A DNA stretch of 20,000 bases from IMG/VR virus record IMGVR_UViG_3300047160_035018; one strand, given 5' to 3'. A program made the translations under genes and the position numbers. Below are positions 15,765 to 20,000 of the stretch, in pieces. The notes under the pieces were generated by a model that was given only the letters and a program-made list of their open reading frames with translations, made no database searches and was not told where the DNA came from. Numbering within the stretch: position 1 is the stretch's first letter; the number at the start of each line of letters is the position of its first letter. This DNA is from an uncultured virus (IMG/VR IMGVR_UViG_3300047160_035018). Its lineage: Duplodnaviria; Heunggongvirae; Uroviricota; Caudoviricetes.

Positions 15765-15998
15765 ATGCGCGCCCACTGCTCTTGCGGTGACAACCGCGTC
15801 CACGTGGTGGCCAGGCGTACAACCGCCGACCACGTAGGGCTCAAGCTTTGGTCAGACGGCGCCGTGACGAACGTCATCGGAGGGTACCCGCCGAGCATGC
15901 GGAAGGTCCCGGCCGCCCTGATCTTCGACTTCGCCGCCGAGGTCGAGGCCTACGACTGGTCCGAGCTTCACGTGCTCGGCCGGAAGGTGAGGGGCTAA
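15765..15998 (+). CDS. Hypothetical protein
   Basis: Flanked by 14-bp direct repeats GGGCTAAGATGCGC. Confidence 0.7.
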   Translation: MRAHCSCGDNRVHVVARRTTADHVGLKLWSDGAVTNVIGGYPPSMRKVPAALIFDFAAEVEAYDWSELHVLGRKVRG

Positions 15999-15999
15999 G

Positions 16000-16404
16000 A
16001 TGCGCCAGCGCCACCACTACGTGGTCCAGTACGTCATCACGGTCGACCGGCCGGAGCTGCGCGGGCCCACGTTTTTGACGACGGTCCGCCCGGGAACCAG
16101 GATCCCACAGGCCGCGGAGTACCTCACGCTCGCGGCGGCGCGCGCCCGGTACGATGATCTCAAGGACGGCATCGACGATTTCACGTCAGAGTACGTGTCC
16201 GTCATCGACGGGATCCGCCGTGAACCCTCCGCAAGCGCCGCCACCCGCTGGGTGAGGGGCGCGCCCACGATCCGCCGACGCCGCATCAAGGACGGCACGG
16301 TCCATGAGCCGCATCCTTGCCCGCGGTGCCAGGGCGAGACCTGGGAACCCACCGACATCAACTGTCTGGCGTGCCAGGCACTTGCGCGAGGATCCCATGC
16401 GTAA
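16000..16404 (+). CDS. Hypothetical protein with C-terminal CxxC...CxxC zinc finger
   Basis: CPRC...CLAC. Confidence 0.7.
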   Translation: MRQRHHYVVQYVITVDRPELRGPTFLTTVRPGTRIPQAAEYLTLAAARARYDDLKDGIDDFTSEYVSVIDGIRREPSASAATRWVRGAPTIRRRRIKDGTVHEPHPCPRCQGETWEPTDINCLACQALARGSHA

Positions 16405-16714
16405 CCGCTACGTGGTCCAGTACGTCATCAAGTGGTCGGGGTCGTGGAACGTGGTGGATAGGACGTCCTCCGGGGGACCCGTCGCGAACCATCTGAACCG
16501 CGCCGATGCGCGTGCCGACGCGAAGCGACGCAACGATGACGCCGGCCCGTGCACTGATTGCCGCGGCCGGGGCTGGCTGCACATGCGCTCCTCGGATACC
16601 GGCCCGCTCGACCACATCGAGCGCTGCGATACGTGCCGGTGCTTCACCAGCGACAAAGCGGCCGCGAAACAGCACGCCCACGACTGCGCGTGCGGGAGGA
16701 CGGCTCGGTCATGA
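16397..16714 (+). CDS. Hypothetical zinc-binding protein
   Basis: ATG 16397 after GAGGA; CTDCRGRG...RCDTC...H..DC; N-terminus duplicated from the previous gene. Confidence 0.7.
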   Translation: MRNRYVVQYVIKWSGSWNVVDRTSSGGPVANHLNRADARADAKRRNDDAGPCTDCRGRGWLHMRSSDTGPLDHIERCDTCRCFTSDKAAAKQHAHDCACGRTARS

Positions 16715-16782
16715 AGGACGACGAGGACGAGCTCGGGCCCGTCGAAGGTGTCTTTGCTCGAGACGACGAGGTGCCACGATGA
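16711..16782 (+). CDS. 23-aa acidic peptide MKDDEDELGPVEGVFARDDEVPR
   Basis: ATGA overlaps at both ends; SD GGAGGA. Confidence 0.45.
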   Translation: MKDDEDELGPVEGVFARDDEVPR

Positions 16783-16952
16783 AGTCCGCCCGTACCTACT
16801 GGGTCGTGGTCGAGATCCAGACCGGTGAGCGCCGGGTCTTCGAGACCGCGGCGGCCGCAGAGGCCTTCGCCCGCGAGCGCGGTGATTGCGAGGTCTACCC
16901 GGAGGAGTTGCGCCGAAAGGGACACGCGCTCGTCCCGGCGAGGACCGCATGA
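16779..16952 (+). CDS. Small hypothetical protein
   Basis: ATGA coupling; SD GAGG. Confidence 0.65.
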   Translation: MKSARTYWVVVEIQTGERRVFETAAAAEAFARERGDCEVYPEELRRKGHALVPARTA

Positions 16953-17248
16953 GCGCCTCGAGCGTCAAGTTCCGGCCGACCCACCGGATCGTGTTCGGCG
17001 CCGGCGAGATCGTGGTCATGCTGGTGGAGGACCGGATCGGCTGGGGCGGTCCCGCCTATACCGCCACGGAGTGGGACCACGCTGCGGTTCCCGACTGGGA
17101 GCTCGTCGATGGCCGATGGCTGTTCCAGGGCCGCGCGCCGCACCATCTCGGCCCGTATCGGGTCGTCCCCTTTCACTGGCAGGACATCCGCGCCCTGGAT
17201 GCCGCCACCGACCTCCTCGAGACCAAGAAGGAGACCGACCATGGATAG
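16949..17248 (+). CDS. Hypothetical protein
   Basis: ATGA coupling; GPAYT..EW motif. Confidence 0.7.
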   Translation: MSASSVKFRPTHRIVFGAGEIVVMLVEDRIGWGGPAYTATEWDHAAVPDWELVDGRWLFQGRAPHHLGPYRVVPFHWQDIRALDAATDLLETKKETDHG

Positions 17249-17510
17249 CTACGCCTCCGACATCCCGCTCGCCGTCGCCATCGCCGCCCACAACGGCACG
17301 TCGCACGTGCCCGAGGAGCGCGGCGCCGGCGAGGTCGCCGAGTACGCGAAGACCCTGGCGGGGGACTACGAGCGCCTCCTCACCTACGCCCGGACCGACG
17401 AGAAGCGGCTCAAGGCCGCCGGGTTCCGGTGGGCGCCGAGCCTGGGCTGCTGGCAGGCCTACCGCAACCACGCGACCCTCACCACGGCCAGGCGCGAGGC
17501 CGGGCTGTGA
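17241..17510 (+). CDS. Short, probably internally deleted DUF3560-related protein
   Basis: N-terminal AH.GTS..PE.RG motif joined directly to C-terminal LK..GFRWAPS.G.WQ motif; SD AAGGAG. Confidence 0.55.
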   Translation: MDSYASDIPLAVAIAAHNGTSHVPEERGAGEVAEYAKTLAGDYERLLTYARTDEKRLKAAGFRWAPSLGCWQAYRNHATLTTARREAGL

Positions 17511-17740
17511 GCGCCCCCAAGGTCGCTCTCAAGGTCGACGCCGACCAACTGGCCGAGATCCTCGCCGACTACGGGGCGGCGCGGCGCATCCTCCGCTGGC
17601 TCTCCCAGCAGCCCGGCCATGACACCTTCGCGCCGGACGAGGATGTGATCCACAAGCTGGCGCGCGACTACGCCACGAACTCCAGGGCCGAGACGAAGGC
17701 ACTGGATGCCGTCCTCGAGCTCGCCGGCGAGGACTGCTGA
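17507..17740 (+). CDS. Hypothetical protein
   Basis: GTGA coupling. Confidence 0.7.
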   Translation: MSAPKVALKVDADQLAEILADYGAARRILRWLSQQPGHDTFAPDEDVIHKLARDYATNSRAETKALDAVLELAGEDC

Positions 17741-17790
17741 GTGATCCCCAGGCGCCCGGCGGGCGCAACCACGACAGGAGGGCACGCACG

Positions 17791-17985
17791 ATGAACCTGG
17801 ACCAGTTCACACACGTCGTACAGCGGCTCGTCGGTGACTTCGAGGAGTTCGTCAAGCACCTGGCCGAGATCAAGGACGACGAGGCCTACCCGGAGACCCA
17901 GGCCGAGGATCTCTGGTTCGAGGACCTCGGCGACTTCTTTCAGGCCGACCCGCACCGGCGGCGGGGCAAGGTGCAGGCACCATGA
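17791..17985 (+). CDS. Small acidic hypothetical protein
   Basis: SD AGGAGG; D/E-rich. Confidence 0.7.
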   Translation: MNLDQFTHVVQRLVGDFEEFVKHLAEIKDDEAYPETQAEDLWFEDLGDFFQADPHRRRGKVQAP

Positions 17986-18242
17986 CATGCAACGGCGGTC
18001 ACCGGCTCGTCGTGAGCATCGGTTACGATTGGGAACTGGAGACGACGTGCGCAGCGTGGCGCGCGTGGGAGGACATGCCCACTCCTGAACGGAAGCAGAC
18101 GCCAGCACCAGGATGCAATGGAGAAGAAGCCTGGTGGTCGAAGAGTGAGGCCATCTGGAAGCCCATGGTGCTGGAGATGTCAGGCCACCTCCTCGCGCGC
18201 GTTCAGACGGCGCTGGATGCAGACGACGGAGCAGGCACATGA
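17982..18242 (+). CDS. Hypothetical protein
   Basis: ATGA coupling at both ends. Confidence 0.6.
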   Translation: MTCNGGHRLVVSIGYDWELETTCAAWRAWEDMPTPERKQTPAPGCNGEEAWWSKSEAIWKPMVLEMSGHLLARVQTALDADDGAGT

Positions 18243-18613
18243 TCGATCTCGACGAGGACAGTTACGTGGCGTGCATCTGGTTCGTGGCCATCGACGAGCC
18301 GCGGGGCAGTTACCTCGGCACGCTCTTTCGCCCGCATCCCGGTGCGTCGATGCGCTTCCACTACCGGACCCGGTACGAGGACGATGCCCAGGACGCACGG
18401 CTCGGGCGCTCCGCGACGCTCGTCGCCCTTGGCCCGGCCGAGGACATCGCCGCCATGGAGCGCGCCCTGGACGATTCCATCGGTCTTGTCGCCGCCGAGC
18501 TTGGCGCGCCACTCCAGAAGCTCAAAGTCCACGGCGGCATTCATCGCCTCGCCGAACTCAGCGAGACCGTGCCGTGGATGCACGCACGGTCGACCGCCGA
18601 GGTCAAGGCATGA
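18239..18613 (+). CDS. Hypothetical protein
   Basis: ATGA coupling at both ends. Confidence 0.75.
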   Translation: MIDLDEDSYVACIWFVAIDEPRGSYLGTLFRPHPGASMRFHYRTRYEDDAQDARLGRSATLVALGPAEDIAAMERALDDSIGLVAAELGAPLQKLKVHGGIHRLAELSETVPWMHARSTAEVKA

Positions 18614-18807
18614 AGAAGGAGTGGACCGCGCGGGATCTTGACGTCATCGGGCGCGCCGAGATGTTTCCCGCTGGCAACACGAGAGAGCGGCGGAGCCGAC
18701 GCTGGCGGTATGCCCGCCGCGCCTACTTCGCGAGCGGCCAGCACCGAGCTTGGACGCGGGTCCATACCGCAACGCTGATCCTTCCTCTCCCAGAGGGACA
18801 ACCATGA
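18610..18807 (+). CDS. Small Arg-rich hypothetical protein
   Basis: ATGA coupling at both ends; bridges to the Cas12m-like gene. Confidence 0.6.
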   Translation: MKKEWTARDLDVIGRAEMFPAGNTRERRSRRWRYARRAYFASGQHRAWTRVHTATLILPLPEGQP

Positions 18808-20000
18808 TCGTCTACAAGTTCTGGGCCGAGCCCGTCAGCAAGGAGGACCGTAACCTCCTCGCCCAGCAGCTCCGCATGGCGGCGCTCTACCGGCGCGAGC
18901 TCGCCCAGATCGAGAACCGCGCCCGGTTCCTTCTCCGCGCCGGCATCGGCTACCCCAGCGAGGAGCGGAAGGCCCACCGGACGCTCGTGAACACGGCCCA
19001 CGCCGAGGCGACCCGCGCCGCGCGCGCCCGCGCCAGCGACGCCGGCCTCTACTGGGGTACCTACCTCTGCGTCGAGAACGCCACCGACCAGTCACAGCGA
19101 ACGACCTCCCTCGCGAGCGACGTGGCCACGTTCTCACCCGCCGATGAGGGACTCCTGGGGGTCCAGATCCAGAAGACCAAGCCGCTCCGTACCGGCGAGG
19201 TCATGGGCGGTACGGACCGTCGACTCCGCATCGGCACCGAGCTCGTCGCCAAGCGCGAGGGCGGCGCGCGTCGGCTCCAGGTCCTCTGGTTCCGGGTCGG
19301 CTCGAACCCCGACGCCACGCCCGTCTGGGCCAAGCTCTACGTGCTCCTTCACCGGCCCCTGCCCATGTCTGCGGCGCCGACCCTGGGCGCCGACTCCGAA
19401 AATCGTCTCGGTCCCGACGTCAAGTGGGCGCTGCTCCGGTGCCGGCGCACCGGGCCGCGCCATCGCTGGGAGTTCCACCTCGTCCTCGACATGGAGGCCA
19501 GGGGCACGCCGCTCGCCCACCGCGCCGATGCCGTGGGCGTGGACATCGGCTGGCGGCGCGTCGACGCGGGCATCCGCATCGCGTACTGGCACGGCTCCGA
19601 CGGCCGCGAGGGCGAGCTCGTCGTGCCCGATGCGGTCGCACGGCGTGACGGGAAGTCGGACAGCCTGCGCTCCATCCGGGATGTCCAGCGGGACATCATG
19701 CAGGCGCGGCTGGTGGCGTTCCGGCAGGCAGTCTCTGCGGGCTCGAGGACGGGGCCCGACTTTGCGTTCAGCTGGTTCCTGGACGAGACGACCGCGCTCC
19801 ACAGTTGGAAGCGTATGGGCCGGTACGTCCACCTCTTCCGGCTCTGGTCCCAGCACCGCTTCGACGGCGACGAGAGTATGTACATCCAGGTCGAGAAGTG
19901 GCTGAAGCACGATCGCCACCTTTACAGTTGGGAGACGCACAACCGGCGCCGGCAGAGCCTCCAGGTCGCAGGGAGGGTGAGGCAGTTCGTGGTGGAGCTC
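18804..20000 (+). CDS. cas12m: Cas12m (type V-M/V-U1)-like, TnpB-derived RNA-guided protein; 3'-truncated by the window (first 399 codons)
   Basis: Hand translation, open to the window end: MIVYKFW...QQLRMAALYRRELAQIE...GLYWGTYL...GLLGVQIQ...FRVGS...PVWA...LHRPLP...WEFHLVL...AVGVDIGWR (RuvC-I)...GELVVP...WK...WLKHDRHLYSWE. Motif order parallels MmCas12m as I recall it. Confidence 0.82.
   Translation, partial: MIVYKFWAEPVSKEDRNLLAQQLRMAALYRRELAQIENRARFLLRAGIGYPSEERKAHRTLVNTAHAEATRAARARASDAGLYWGTYLCVENATDQSQRTTSLASDVATFSPADEGLLGVQIQKTKPLRTGEVMGGTDRRLRIGTELVAKREGGARRLQVLWFRVGSNPDATPVWAKLYVLLHRPLPMSAAPTLGADSENRLGPDVKWALLRCRRTGPRHRWEFHLVLDMEARGTPLAHRADAVGVDIGWRRVDAGIRIAYWHGSDGREGELVVPDAVARRDGKSDSLRSIRDVQRDIMQARLVAFRQAVSAGSRTGPDFAFSWFLDETTALHSWKRMGRYVHLFRLWSQHRFDGDESMYIQVEKWLKHDRHLYSWETHNRRRQSLQVAGRVRQFVVEL

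Larger units (their letters stand above)
1..20000. mobile_element. Bacteriophage/prophage genome segment
   Basis: Endolysin/holin-like cassette, long runs of small ATGA/GTGA-coupled hypothetical genes, divergent early-type arms, and no housekeeping operons. Confidence 0.9.

Noticed and set aside
17741..18803. CRISPR array or tracr/leader upstream of the Cas12m-like gene
   Set aside because: The region is filled by coupled ORFs, and no regularly spaced repeats were seen here or elsewhere in the window. An array may lie downstream.
18610..18900. IS200/IS605 or IS607 element carrying tnpB
   Set aside because: No tnpA, no intergenic left-end hairpin, and the gene is translationally coupled to phage genes.
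19134..19940. Track ORFs 19134-19940 (-) and 19144-19905 (+)
   Set aside because: Antisense and off-frame shadows of the Cas12m-like reading frame.

Overview
High-GC, gene-dense segment of a bacteriophage or prophage. The pilin type and sigma54 promoters suggest a Myxococcota/deltaproteobacterial host (inference). Left to right: small genes, including an unannotated 29-aa K/R/H-rich peptide; three membrane-anchored proteins, one with a GNAT-like domain; a translationally coupled lysis-type operon (membrane proteins, amidase endolysin, holin-like/lipobox fusion, papain-like peptidase); a phage-carried type IV pilin with its own sigma54 promoter; a DUF6283-like gene broken by an internal inversion just upstream of the pilin; and two divergent arms of small early-type genes driven by back-to-back sigma54 promoters with matching twin-hairpin leaders. 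The right arm starts with a truncated beta-clamp-like gene and ends, running off the window, in a compact Cas12m (type V-M/V-U1)-like TnpB-derived protein that the ORF track missed. No CRISPR array, tRNA, integrase or transposase is visible. All family assignments come from motif recognition by eye, not from database searches.
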